Part shown: positions 22,729-40,000 of the stretch, one piece after another
How positions within the stretch are numbered: the stretch's first letter is position 1
Layout: each line of letters opens with the position of its first letter
Source of the DNA: Macrostomum lignano
Taxonomy: Eukaryota
Length of the DNA: 64,000 nt
Reading direction: 5' to 3'
NCBI GenBank assembly: GCA_002269645.1
Contig: NIVC01000921.1
Span: 186,001 to 250,000 of the forward strand
Position numbers and translations under genes: made by a program
Notes under the pieces: model-generated
The model's input: the letters and a program-made list of their open reading frames with translations, nothing else
Database searches by the model: none
What the model was told of the DNA's origin: nothing

Positions 22729-24240
22729 TGTAACAGTGAATGGGAACAAATCAAAAGGGCTACATATTGAAAGGGCAATAGTCAAAAAGGGTGTTGGCAA
22801 GAGAAGGTATATTTATTTATTTCTGATTTAGACATTAATCTATTATTTAGTTTTTCTTTCGGCATACATTGAGGTCCAACCCTCCTTTTTGAATCATGTA
22901 GCTTGTATATGCAATTAGCACCCACCCCCTTTTATGTTAGTGCTAGTGCTATAATATATATTTGCAGTCTCAGTTGCTTGAGAGTGCACAACTGTGGTTT
23001 TTGGTTAGTTAGATTTGCATTGAGCTATAGCCGTAAAGTCAATTTGATTCTGTGAAGACTTGTTCATATTGCATGACTTGACAAGAATGCAAGAACATCT
23101 GGTAGCAGAGCATGGTTATTTACTCATTACAATCAATCAATGTTGGATGACAGAAATGAAGAGACTGCAGCGGCAGCTCTGGATATGAGCAACCAGCTGG
23201 CTCAACTAAAGGCCACAAAGGCTATTGAGAAGTGTGTCTTCACGAAGCTGCGCAACAAACTTTTGAGGACCCTAAGCTTGGATGGAGCAGAGTTGGACGA
23301 GGCCAAGCGGCTTGTGGAGCAGCTTGATCAGAGCTACAAGAAGGTGAACACTGTGATTCAAGAAGTTTTGCATGAGGTTGGAAGAAATCTGCCTGAGCAA
23401 ATGCAAGCTGTCAAGGAACTGGAGACATTGGAAAGCAATTTTGGTGAGGTAGTGAGTTTGATGACTGAGCTGAGGAAGAGGGTTTGGCAAGCAAAAGAAG
23501 AAACAGTGTGCTATGAGGAAAGAGAGATAAGGCAAAAGGAAGTTGAGGCCGCATGGAGTCAGTGGGTAGAAGTCAGAGAGCGCCAGAGAAAAATGCAAGA
23601 AGAATTTAAAGCTTAGCAGTGCGAGCTGGAGAAGGAGATGGAAAGGTTGGCAACTGTTGCAGGAGATGTTGAAGGTCATTCCATAGGGCAACTACAAGCA
23701 TAGCAAATGCAACAACAAGAGCCCAGTTGGTGCATTGCTTTGTTTGGCAGCTACCCAACTTTTGAGACCAGTGTAGGTTAGGCCTATAGGTCAGAGGGTT
23801 TTCAGCTGCGCACAGAGAGTTGGAGGTATAGGGAGAAGCCAATCAATAAAGTGAGGCAGCTACCTACCCCAACTGGAGCTGTGTACAATGCTAGCAAAGC
23901 GAGTGCTGAGCTAGGCAGGGGTCCAACAGCCCCCCAATCCCAAATGGATTATTTAGCTAACCAATCATTGCGCAGATAGCCTAGTGTGTACGGCCAAGAA
24001 TTAACTAAAAGCATTGGACAAGACATGTGGCGCTAGCTACGAGTGTCAATTCCAGTGTTTAGCAGTGACAAAAGGCAATACAAGGTTGGAAAGTGGCATT
24101 TTATGCATGTGTGAATGCATCACCCTCCTTTAATGCTTACAAATCATTATAATTGTATCAGTCCCTACAGGGAGAAGCTTTAAAACTAGTGGCCAATCTT
24201 GGCTACTCAGAGTTTGTGTACACAGCAGCACTTGAGTGGA
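22729..24240 (+). mobile_element. BEL/Pao-type LTR retrotransposon remnant (LTR, PBS, decayed gag)
   Basis: TGTAAC (22729)...AACA (23097), then TGGTAGCAGAGCATGG (23100-23115, tRNA-iMet PBS). Coiled-coil ORF LKATKAIEKCVFTKLRNKL, then DUF1759-like VSIPVFSSDKRQY..W.VAFYACV and LQGEALKLVANLGYS. Confidence 0.75.
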
Positions 24241-24973
24241 ATGCTTTTGACAATCAAAAGGGCAATAGTCAAAAGGGCAACAGGGTTAGAGCCTATTAGA
24301 CTTGTAGCGGTATTTATTTATATATTTGTACTTGTATGTATATTTGTTTAAGATACATTTTTTAAAGAATTAAAAAGCTACTTTTACTATTTTCCAAGAT
24401 AGAATTCTTGCTTGGGGGTAAGAAAACATGCGCACACATTTTTGGAGCAGCATGTAAGCACACACGCTGGCTATAAAAACGTCATAATGCTGCATTATTA
24501 ATGCAGATCATGGTGGGCCCATGCGCTAAAAAATGAAATTTCTAGTTTTTCAATTCTTATGCCGACGTAAATTAGAAAGTTGTACTTTAAGTGTAAAGTA
24601 GCTTGAACACTATAATTTTTAAAGAAAATATTCTTTAAAATTACAAGAGCTTCACTAAACTTTAAAGTAACTGTTTTTGCTAAAAACTATTCTTCTTTGT
24701 TTTACTTTTGTTTAAAATTTTCTGGCATAAAAACAACCTTCCAGACTATGAAAAGTAGGAGAACTTGAGTGCATATAGGCATATACTACATGGCACATAA
24801 CCATGTTGAATGCATGTAAAGAAATAATCTTGTTGTGTTGCTGCACATTGCTTGACGTTGACGTACAGGAGCCTCGAAGCCAGTTATATTTTTAATTCAC
24901 ACACTAATATGCTAGCAGACGGGGAGGCTATAGTATAGAATTAAACGATCATATTAGTGTTAGAAAAAAGGTA

Positions 24974-25583
24974 TACTTGGCAACAGTCAAAAGTTCCACC
25001 CTCGAAGCGAGATGAACTTTTTTCAATTGTTGTGAGTTACGCAATGACGCAACTAAAAATACGGCACGCGCGAAGCTTGTCACTTGGGAGTGGCTTGGGT
25101 CTACTTAATGGTATACAAATTAAACTGCGTAATAGTAACTTCATGGACAAATGTTCAGTCTATACCTAATTTACAGCTACATGCCCAGCTGCATGCGTAC
25201 TCTGCGCTGGCATTCACGGTCCCCAGACATAAATCCCATCGAGCATGTCTGGGACTTCCTAAAACGCAGCATTAAAAAAGAGAATCTACCACAGAATGTT
25301 GCGGAGCTGCGCGTCATGCCCTTTGAAAACACTTGGCAGCATGCAGCTTTCCCATGCAGGACTTTCTACGCGCCGCCTCATCCTGGGGGATGCCCCGCAC
25401 AGTCGCGTGCGAGGGGATCCCGCACGCGTTATTAGGCATCGATTATTCGATCAACTTTCCCTTCCTCTCGCGGGCGGCTTAGTTGCGTAACTTGTGGGTT
25501 GAATTGTGAGTGAGAAGTTGTCGCAATAAGTGAGAAAATTTTCATCTCGCATGGAGGGTGGAACTTTTGACTGTTGCTGAGTA
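24974..25583 (+). mobile_element. Internally deleted Tc1-like transposon
   Basis: TA-flanked TIRs TACTCAGCAACAGTCAAAAGTTCCACCCTC; internal WHSRSPDINPIEHVWDFLKR is the Tc1 DDE third-acid motif (WPxxSPDLNPIE). Confidence 0.88.
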
Positions 25584-25661
25584 TAGTAAAGACGTATAGC
25601 GTTATCACTACGAGGCACAACATAAATAAAAATGCGTATATTGTATAATACTGATAAAATA

Positions 25662-25982
25662 TACTCAGCAGCAGTCAACTTGTATATGTTTTCTCAACAA
25701 CATTAAAAAGTCACCACCTTAGGGAGTGCGCAGTAAATTCTAGCTCATGCAGAACTGACTTTTGAGTGGGACGCAACTTGCGCCACGCGACGCAGAGTTG
25801 GGCTGGGCGAGGAGGGATTGAGAAGAGCGGAGGGCGAAGATTGGATGGATTGAAGCTTCCTCCTGGTTTTCATTGTTTTTTCAAGCATTTTTAATATCAA
25901 AATAGACGCATGATAGACGCATGGTCAAAAGATCCACTGCTCACTGGGACACAGGGTGGCGACTTTTCAATGTTGCTGAGTA
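25662..25982. mobile_element. Tc1-family MITE adjacent to the previous element
   Basis: TA-flanked TACTCAGCA...AAAAGTCACCACC and its inverted copy GGGTGGCGACTTTTCAATGTTGCTGAGTA. Confidence 0.7.
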
Positions 25983-26589
25983 TATATACGTACATGTACA
26001 TATTGAGTCACATGCATATATACAACTCTGCTGACCATGAAAAATTTCAACTGCTTTAGCTATCTGCGCTGTGAAAATGCACTGCTTTGAAGCGCTTGCC
26101 AGACGACCTTGACAAAAAGGCCGCTGGGCTGTGCCACTGTGGCTATTTTTAGAGCAAAATATTCTATCGCTGCATGCTGTTTCTTGGGAATGGTGACGCG
26201 TCAACTTAAAATGATGCGTGAAATTTGGTGTAATGTACATCAGCGCCAGCGCATCCAGATGAGGGGGGGGGGCTATTTGTGAAAGTACGCGCACGAGCTG
26301 AGTGTGAGCTGAGAGCTGAGAGAAGAGATGAGTCAGCAGTTCTCACAGCTAAACTAGTTTACCGCTTGCAGTAGTTATGCGAAATTTCTTCGCCTTAGAC
26401 ACAGTCGCCTTAGCTACGTGTATACATGTACTTAATACTCATTATGCTTAAGGCAGTGTACATGTAACTATACTATAGATCTGCACAAAAAGTATGAATG
26501 CCTGTGTAACACGTGTTAGCTATCGCTTCCATTGTACATGTATAATCTACTTGAAATATAAAAGTTGAGACTACATTTACGAGCTATGG

Positions 26590-28080
26590 TGTGAAATGCG
26601 CTGTGATGTCAGAGAGGTTGTGGTGTCAGAGAGGTTGTGGCATCGGCGACGTGATGTCTGAGACGCTGTTGTGTCAGAGAGGTTGTGGTTTCAGAGAGGT
26701 TGTGGTATCAAAGAGGTTGTGGTGTCAGAGACGCTGTGGTGTCAGAGAGGTTGTGGTATCAAAGAGGTTGTGGTGTCAGAGACGTTGTGGTGTCAGAGCG
26801 GTTGTGGTATCAAAGAGGTTGTGGTGTCTGAGACGTTGTGGTGTCAGAGACGTGATGTCTTAGACGTTGTGGTATCAAAGAGGTTGTGGTGTCAGAGACG
26901 TGATGTCTTAGACGTTGTGGTATCAAAGAGGTTGTGGTGTCAGAGACGTTGTGGCGTCAGAGACGTGATGTCTGAGACGCTGTTGTGTCAGAGACGTGGT
27001 ATCAGAGAGGTTGTGGTGTCTGAGACGCTGTGGTGTCAGGGAAGTTGTGGTGTCTGAGACGCTGTGGTGTCTGAGAAGTTGTGGTTTCAGAGGTTGTGGT
27101 ATGCTGGTAGAGTCGCTCGCTTGGCGAGAAGAATAAATAGAAAGCTTAATATCAACATTTGAATATGATTGCAATTTCTAACAACTTCAACGCGTTTCGC
27201 ACGCCATGGTGCATCGTCAGGATTTTATTAGAACGATTTGAGAAATTGAGATTGAAAGCGTTTGATTAAATATTGGTTTTTGCAACGTACACAGGTAAGG
27301 AGGGTAAGATTGAAAACAATTGATTACAACTTGGCTTTAACAACATACATAGGTATAGTAGGTAGGAGAGAGAATTATAGATTGAGATTTAAAGTTAAAC
27401 CAAATGTACACAATTCTTGTCCAGTGGTCAAAAGGCAGAATCAGGGGCGGTAGCTTAAGTAATTGAACGTCAAGCTAAGTGTACACAGCGTGCACGACTG
27501 TGTCACTCACTGTTCAGAAAACGCGGAGAACGTGACCTGCACCACTATGTTGTAATTGGGTGTTGAGATTCGGGGTCTGAGCTTTTATGTGCAGGGCCTC
27601 GAGAATTCTAAGTTTGGCGTCAGTATGGCTTTGGTCAATGATTTTAAAGTGTTCTTCTGGTATCAAAGAGGTTGTGGTGTCTGAGACGCTGTGGTGTCAG
27701 AGACGCTGTGGTGTCAGAGACGTTGTGGTGTCAGAGAGGTTGTGGTGTCTGAGACGTTGTGGTGTCTGAGACATTGTGGCGTCAGAGACGTGATGTCTTA
27801 GACACTGTGATGTCAGAGAGGTTGTGGTGTCTGAGACGTTGTGGTGTCTAAGACGTTGTGGTGTCTGAGACGTTGTGGTGTCTGAGACATTGTGGCGTCA
27901 GAGACGTGATGTCTTAGACACTGTGATGTCAGAGAGGTTGTGGTGTCTGAGACATTGTGGTGTCAGAGACGTTGTGGTGTCTGAGACATTGTGGTGTCAG
28001 AGAGATTGAGAGAGGTTTAGGTGTCAGAGACGGGTTACATGTAGTGTCAGGTGCCAAAGAGGCACTTTGGTGTCAGGGAA
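26590..28080. repeat. ~21-bp degenerate minisatellite (GTTGTGGTGTCAGAGAC-type), interrupted by a 555-bp insert (27103..27657)
   Basis: Array on both sides; insert flanked by TGGTAT at 27097-27102 and 27658-27663. Confidence 0.9.
27183..27226 (-). ncRNA. Penelope-type minimal hammerhead ribozyme motif (degenerate)
   Basis: On -: CUGACGA-U-GCAC-CAUGGC-GUGC-GAAA-CGCG-UU, i.e. core boxes, stem II and a palindromic stem III (ACGCGU); stem I is weak. Confidence 0.55.
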
Positions 28081-28927
28081 TGTACCTTCAGCAGGTCCTT
28101 ATTCACACCTATACCCCGCAATTAATACCCCTGACACATGTACTCTCGCCATGGCTACAAATGCGTACTAATAACAGTTATAATTCGAAGCGAATACTAA
28201 TTATTAACAAGGCCAAGTTAGCGAAGCACGTTTTTCCTGTTTCTATTGAATCATAGAGAAGCAGAACGTGAAAGAGTAATGCAGGGAGAAAAGCACAAAT
28301 AGACAAAAGAGCCACCTCAATCTAATGCGATTCATCTGGCACAGGGATGCGGGCGCTTGCCAGGTAATCCAGGATTTGCACTCAGGTTATTCGCTCTTAA
28401 CCGGGATGTGGTCTGAGTGAATTAAAAAAGGTTAATTTGTTATAACTGCGTTATAGCTGCAGGGCTATGAAGTTTGTGGGCAGATGCATCCAACCCCTAC
28501 AATTCGTCTCTCTCTCTCTCTCTCTCGTGCTGCTGCTGAGTCTGACCCCCGAGGTAGACAATCTTCAGCTCGGGCAGCAGGTTGAGATGAGAAGACGAGG
28601 TGAGAGTTGGGTGCAGGGGTGGGCTGACTAGCTAGTAGCAGCTGACAGAGGCCTCTCTCACCGCACGGGTTCGCATTCGCGTATTTAAACCCACAGAGCC
28701 TAAGCAAAAAGCAGATGTTTTATTTGCGTCAACACGCAGACGTTTATTATCCAACCTTGAACTCGCATTGTCGTGCAAGGACTAGCCTTCTGTTTCAGCG
28801 ACCGCAGCAACAAGTAAACATGTTATCGCCGGAAAAGTCAATCCAGGAGTGGTAAGGCTTTGAAAAAATGTTAATAAGGTTTATTGATAATATGAGTATG
28901 CCTCTTGTTAGTTCGAGGTAGCTGTAG

Positions 28928-29175
<248 letters not shown>

Positions 29176-29177
29176 GC

Positions 29178-32256
<3,079 letters not shown>

Positions 32257-32802
32257 GCCGAGTGGCTGAGTGTCCGGCGCCTCTTGGGCCTTGAAGTGTT
32301 TGCCTGTACAGCTGCGTGCATTTCGTGTCATCACTAAAAGTGCAGTTGTACTTTACGGAAATCTATACACTTGACCAGATTATCAAGCCAGTTAAATTCA
32401 TCCAGTTTTTTGTTTTACTGCCACTACATGTATTCCAGAATTATAGCAAAAACAGCGGCGGAAAAGTACATGCACGCTGTCGGTATGAACTCTCATGCAT
32501 TGATTTTTAAGAGTGCACCCAAAAACGTACACACTCTAATGCTTCCACTCATAACATAAACAAAACAGAAAACCTATTTAAAACGAGAGCGTTAGCTGTT
32601 CCCAATTTCCCAATACTGTCTCCTACCGAGTGCTAAAAGCATGAGCACTTGGTAACTACTGACCTTGCTTGCACACGCAACAAGCGAAAAAACTTTTATG
32701 TCATTTTTTTAATTCGTCGAACATACGAGACTCGTATTTTATGTGGTGCGATGACTTTTTCATTTCTTAACTCTCAATTAAATGTCAGTGTAAGTGACAC
32801 TC

Positions 32803-33258
32803 TGGAGGCTGCTGGCCCAGCAACTGAGGATCTGGGAGGCTGGCCCAGCAACTGAGGATCTGGGAGGCTGGCCCAGCAACTAAGGATCTGGGAGGCTGGT
32901 CCAGCAACTGAGGATCTGGGAGGCTGGCCCAGCAACTAAGGATCTGGGAGGCTGGCCCAGCAACTGAGCATCTGGGAGGCTCGCCCAGCAACTGAGGATC
33001 TGGGAGGCTGGCCCAACAACTGAGGATTTGGGAGGCTGGCCCAGCAACTGAGCATCTGGGAGGCTCGCCCAACAACTGAGGATTTGGGAGGCTGGCCCAA
33101 CAACTGAGGATTTGGGAGGCTCGCCCAGCAACTGAGGATCTGGGAGGCTGGCCCAACAACTGAGGATTTGGGAGGCTGGCCCAGCAACTGAGGATCTGGG
33201 AGGCTGGCCCAACAACTGAGGATTTGGGAGGCTGGCCCAGCAACTGAGGATCTGGGAG
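32803..33258. repeat. 28-bp minisatellite (CAACTGAGGATCTGGGAGGCTGGCCCAG)n
   Basis: Period 28 (32821, 32849, ...); two further units at 35655-35705. Confidence 0.95.
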
Positions 33259-34028
33259 AGTTTCGGCTGCGAAAGAACGGAGCGCAGAGCAAGCAGCAGA
33301 AGCCCATATCGGCAGGCAATTGTCAGGATATGATTGCAGCGGTGGCGAAATACTCCGAGGCAAATAAAGAGAGATGTCTGCGGAATTTATATTTAACTCC
33401 TACAATGCGAAGCCGCTCTACAAGGCGGCCGAGTGACACTAAAAAAAGAAATCGCACACAAGCTCAAATCAAAGTTCACACTGTACTCGCCGCAGAATAA
33501 AAAATCAGCTCGGAAACGGGCAGAATTTATCGCAGACAATTAACTGAGAATCAAAGAACCAAAACTGAAGACAACGAAGAAATGAAAGGTGAAGCTCGTG
33601 TGAAAAATGAAAACAGTGAGCGAAACGAGCAAAATTAACAAAATAAGATTGATAAGGTTAAAAGCAATATGTGCAGTTTGTTTTAATGCCTGTGCGGGAT
33701 TAGGGTTCGCTGATCAATCGGAAATACTAATTAGCAATTAAACATTTCAACTCCTACTGCTAGCCTGTCACGCATTAATTTTATAATTTCAATAAAAAAT
33801 CTATCGTCAGATTAAAAACAATGACAGAGATAAGAAACAAAAAACAATGTTTGTGAATTTTTTTTCAGACAAGGAATACTACTGAAAGTAATGTAAGTAG
33901 CTTGGGAGCATACTATTCGAACAGAAAGTTGACAATCAACAAAATAGTCGGCATTGAAAATTAACAGACAGTATAGCAAGTGGATGGGCGCTGTCTTAAA
34001 TCTACTCCGATCTGTCAGCTACTGTCAA

Positions 34029-37000
34029 CTACTGCGCCACTTCTGCGCGCCTTGGCGCCTCCGGAGCGGATCGTCTGGAGGAAGAAGCCGGCTTAAGCGT
34101 CACGAATCCCAGGTACATCAGGCCGGCGATCACGTGCACGATAAAGTACATTGACCTGTTTGTTGAATTGGGGTTGGTGCGGCACTGCTGTTGGATAGCC
34201 CGTTCACCGATCCCCATGTCACTGGGCAAACCGTTCACCGATCCCCATTTTACAGGGCACACCGTTCACCGATCCCCGTGTCACTGTGCACACCGTTCAC
34301 CGATCCCCATGTCACTGGGCAAACCGTTCACCGATCCCCATGTCACTGGGCACACCGTTCACCGATCCCCATGTCAATGGGCACACCGTTCACCGATCCC
34401 CATGTCACTGGGCACACCGTTCACCGATCCCCATGTCACTGGGCACACCGTTCACCGATCCCCATGTCACTGGGCACACCGTTCACCGATCTCCCTGTCA
34501 CTGGGCACACCGTTCACCGATCCCCATGTCACTGTGCACACCGTTCACCGATCCCCATGTCACTGGGCACACCGTTCACCGATCCCAATCACCAGTGTCA
34601 CCAGACACACAGCATTCACCAGTGTTGCAAGCTAGACACACAGAATTCACCAGTGTCACTAGATACACAGAATTCACCAGTGTCACTAGATACACAGAAT
34701 TCACCAGTGTCACCAGATACACAGAATTCACCCGTGTCACTAGACACACAGAATTCACCAGTGTCACTAGATACACAGAATTCACCCGTGTCACTAGACA
34801 CACACAATTCACCAGTGTCACTAGATACACAGAATTCACCCGTGTCACTAGATAAAAAGAATTCACCAGTGTCACTAGACACACAGAATTCACCAGTGTC
34901 ACTAGCCACACACAATTCACCAGTGTCACTAGACACACAGAATTCACCAGTGTCACTAGATACACAGAATTCACCCGTGTCACTAGCCACACACAATTCA
35001 CCAGTGTCACTAGACACACACAATTCACCAGTGTCACTAGACACACAGAATTCACCAGTGTCACTAGCCACACACAATTCACCAGTGTCACTAGACACAC
35101 AGAATTCACCAGTGTCACTAGATACACAGAATTCACCCGTGTCACTAGACACACACAATTCACCAGTGTCACTAGACACACAGAATTCACCCGTGTCACT
35201 AGATAAAAATAATTCACCAGTGTCACTAGACACACAGAATTCACCAGTGTCACTAGCCACACACAATTCACCAGTGTCACTAGACACACAGAATTCACCA
35301 GTGTCACTAGATACACAGAATTCACCAGTGTCACTAGCCACACACAATTCACCAGTGTCACTAGACACACAGAATTCACCAGTGTCACTAGACACACACA
35401 ATTCACCAGTGTCACTTACCACCAGAACCTGAGGCCCTTGTATAGATCCAGCAGAGCGAAAGCCCCGGCACCGTAGTTAAGCGTTGTCAGGCTCGCTAAG
35501 CCGGTAACCACATCGTAGGCCAGCTTAGCCGTCTCAGAACCCTGGAAGTGCGGCCTGAGATGCCGCCGGGCCTGGAAATGTGCAGAAGAGAAAAAATTGA
35601 GCTGAAGAATGGATTCGATCGCTACTAAGATCTTTAAACTTTTGAGGATTTGAGAGGCCCAGCAACTGAGGATCTGGGAGGCTGGCCCAGCAACTGAGGA
35701 TCCGAGAGGACCATTGCACAACATCACACCAAAGACCCCACTGACCAGCCGAGCCACAGTGGTGAAGAAGGCCACAGAGATGAACAGCAGGTAATAGCCT
35801 GGATAGAAGCCGTGCCAGGTGGCGGAGGCGATGAACACGGCCAAGGTGGCGTGCTTGCTCGGCACTCTCTCGTAGACGCATTCGCGAAGCCAGTGCACTG
35901 TGCTGATGTTCCAGTTGTCTATGGCCATCTTCATGGAGGTGGACAGCTGCGGGTGGTGACCAGATCCGCTATTTACTAAAGTAAGGTGTTACAAAGACAT
36001 TAATTAGCAAAATAATTTTAACTTTCAAAGCGCACCTCAACTCCGTTAAAGTCGAAATTCTGCACAGTCTTGTACTCGGCCTTGCCCGTGTCCTTGTTGA
36101 TGCCGGTGAAGCCGCAGCCAGAGGACAGATAGGACAGCTCGCCTGTAAGGTTGGTTGTGAAACTGCTTGCTAGTGAAATAGGTGGCCCTCTTTGAACATG
36201 TGATTTTCTGTGGTGATTTCCTTGTGATGATTTCTGTGGTGATTTCCTTGTGATGATTTCCTTGAGATGATTTCCTTGTGATGATTTTTGTGGTGATTTC
36301 CTTGTGATGATTTCTGTGGTGATTTCCTTGTGATGATTTCCTTGAGATGATTTCCTTGTGATGATTTCTGTGGTGATTTCCTTGTGATGATTTCTGTGGT
36401 GATTTCCTTGTGATGATTTCTGTGGTGATTTCCTTGTGATGATTTCTGTGGTGATTTCCTTTTGATGATTTCTGTGGTAATTTTCTTGTGATGATTTTCT
36501 TTTGATAATTTCTTTGTGATGATTTCTGTGGTGACTTCCTTGTGATGATTTCTGTGGTGATTTCCTTGTGATGATTTCTGTGGTGATTTCCTTGTGATGA
36601 TTTCTGTGGTGATTTCCTTGTGATGATTTCCTTTTGATAAGTTCTTTGTGATGATTTCTGTGGTGACTTCCTTGTGATGATTTCTGTGGTGATTTCCTTT
36701 TGATGATTTCTGTGGTAATTTCCTTGTGATGATTTCTGTGGTGATTTCCTTGTGATGATTTCTGTGGTGATTTCCTTGTGATGATTTCTGTGGTAATTTC
36801 CTTGTGATGATTTCTGTGGTGATTTCCTTGTGATGATTTCTGTGGTGATTTCCTTGTGATGATTTCTGTGGTCATTTCCTTGTGATGATTTCTGTGGTGA
36901 TTTCCTTTTGATGATTTCTGTGGTCATTTCCTTGTGATGATTTCTGTGGTGATTTCCTTTTGATGATTTCTGTGGTAATTTCCTTGTGATGATTTCCTTG

Positions 37001-40000
37001 TGATGATTTCTGTGGTGATTTCCTTGTGATGATTTCTGTGGTAATTTCCTTGTGATGATTTCTGTGGTGATTTCCTTGTGATGATTTCTGTGGTGATTTC
37101 CTTTTGATGATTTCTGTGGTAATTTCCTTGTGATGATTTCCTTGTGATGATTTCTGTGGTGATTTCCTTGTGATGATTTCTGTAGTGATTTCTTGTGATG
37201 ATTTCTGTGGTGACTTCCTTGTGATGATTTCTGTGGTGATTTCCTTGTGATGATTTCTGTGGTGATTTCCTTTTGATGATTTCTGTGGTAATTTCCTTGT
37301 GATGATTTCCTTGTGATGATTTCTGTGGTGACTTCCTTGTGATGATTTCTGTGGTGATTTCCTTGTGATTATTTCTGTGGTGATTTCCTTTTGATGATTT
37401 CTGTGGTAATTTCCTTGTGATGATTTTCTTGTGATGATTTCTGTGGTGATTTCCTTGTGATGATTTCTGTGGTAATTTCCTTTTGATGATTTCTGTGGTG
37501 ATTTCCTTGTGACGATTTTTGGTCATTTCCTTGTGATGATTTCTGTGGTGATTTCCTTGTGATGATTTCTGTGGTGATTTCCTTGTGATGATTTCTGTGG
37601 TAATTTCCTTGTGATGATTTCTGTAGTGATTTCCTTGTGACGATTTTTGGTCATTTCCTTGTGATGATTTCTGTGGTGATTTCCTTTTGATGATTTCTGT
37701 GGTGATTTCCTTGTGATGATTTCCTTGTGATGATTTCTGTGGTGATTTCCTTTTGATGATTTCTGTGGTAATTTCCTTGTGATGATTTCCTTGTGACGAT
37801 TTTTGGTCATTTCCTTGTGATGATTTCTTTTTGATGATTTCCTTGTGATGATTTCTGTGGTGATTTCCTTGTGATGATTTCTTTTTGATGATTTCCTTGT
37901 GATGATTTCTGTGGTAATTTCCTTGTGATGATATCTGTAGTGATTTCCTTGTGACGAATTTTGTGGTGATTTCCTTGAGATTATTTTCTATTTTTCTTGA
38001 TGACTTTTCTGTGGTGATTTTTCTGTGATAATTTTATTTTGGTGATTTCCTTTGGGGATTATCCTGCGACGATTTCTGGCTCGGAGTAATGCAGATTTTT
38101 TGTTTTGTTTTAATTTCTATTTTGACCATCAACGATTGATTGCCATGAAGATAAACTCAGCTCACCCAGACTCCAGGCAAAGTAGTAGCGCTGACGAATG
38201 ACAAAGCAGGCCAAAGTCATGTAGAACCACTTGCTAATCAGTGAATAGGACTGGAATCCGTCCTCTGTAAAATTAACGTAATAAAAATTCATAAATAGCA
38301 ATCAGTCAGTTAATATAAGGGGCCGGGCTGTGAGCGCTGCCGCAAATCAATGCAACTGTCGAACAGCAGCCAGCGAGCAGACGAGCACGCAATACGTACG
38401 CAGACACACGCTCACACAAGGTGTTCAGCGGCCGTGAGTACCTCATTGCCAGGTAGTGTTGCACACTGTAACTTTGGGTATCCCCAACCTTCACCATCCC
38501 CAACCTTCACCATCCCCAACCTTCACAATCCCCAACCTTCACAATCCCCAACCTTCACAATCCCCACCCTTCACAATCCCCAACCTTCACAATCCCAACC
38601 TTCACAATCCCCAACCTTCACAATCCCCAACCTTCACCATCCCCAACCTTCACCATCCCCAACCTTCACAATCCCCAACCTTCACAATCCCCACCCTTCA
38701 CAATCCCCACCCTTCACAATCCCAACCTTCACAATCCCCAACCTTCACAATCCCCAACCTTCACCATCCCCAACCTTCACCATCCCCAACCTTCACCATC
38801 CCCAACTTCACAATCCCCATCCTTCACAATCCCCAAACTTCACCATCTCTAACTTCACCATCCCTAAGTAGAATAGCTAGGACAGTGCAAGTTTTATTAC
38901 CGGCTAAAAAGTTCAACGGAAACACGGTCTGCATAGTGAGGGTGACGAGTGCAAAGAATAGTGTCCACTTGGCTACCACTAGTATGCGAGAGGTGCCGCG
39001 AAGGTAGTGTTCGCGCTGCTCCTTCTGCAAATTGAAAGGCAAAAGTACATATATACTTAGCTGGCTGTAAATAGTTGCTATGGAGGTAATAGCTGATTTG
39101 GTAGTTATGCTATATTTACCACGGGTCAATTAAGATTCTAAGATGGTGATGCAGTTGTCTTGAGCAATATAGTGGCTAATAAAATTAGTAGTGACAGTTG
39201 CTGTGGAGTGATATAGTTGTTATGAGGATGCCATTGCCATGATGTGATTTTTTTGAGATAATGCCGTTTGCAATGAGGATAATTTCGTTGCTAGGATGAT
39301 GCCGTTGCTATGATGATGACGCCGTTGCTATGAGGATGATGTTGTTGCTATGAGAATAATGCCGTTGCTATGAGGATAAAACCGTTACTATGATGATGAT
39401 GCCGTTGCTACGAGGATGATTTTGTTGCTAGGCTGATGCCGTTGCTATGAGGATGATACCGTTGCTATGAGGATGATGTCGTTGCTATGAGAATGATTTT
39501 GTTGCTAATCATTTTGTTGCTAATGCTACTGCTGGTATCACACGTGTTCCAACTGGTCCAAGTCGGATAGCCTACCGTCAAATCCGATGGCATCGGTATG
39601 GTACCGTCCATGTAGTTCCTGAAGTCGACGTAGAACACAAACGGGCCAACTAATATGCCTTGAAAGTGCACCAGATAGGTGTAGTACTGCAGCAGGCTTG
39701 GGAAGTCCCTGATCGCGAGTCCATGACGCAAAGGGGGGGGGCAATATGAGCACAACAGAAATTAGTAGCGGCATGAATAATAATAAATTAATTCGCACCT
39801 GACAAAGTGCTGCATCTGCCTTTCGGTCAAATTCGGCTTAACTTTCTCGCTGCTCTTATCCGACTCCTGCTGCTCCGTTTGATCGTCCGTTTTCTTTTTT
39901 CGATCAGCCTCTTCCATTGCCTTCACCACGATGCCGTCGTGAATATTGAAAGCCAGGGTTGACAGTCGCTGGGTGGAGATCATCAGCGGCCTGGGGTTTC

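Noticed and set aside
34168-37810. Long repetitive ORFs ([19 protein letters not shown] etc.)
   Set aside because: Intronic minisatellites of the MBOAT gene.
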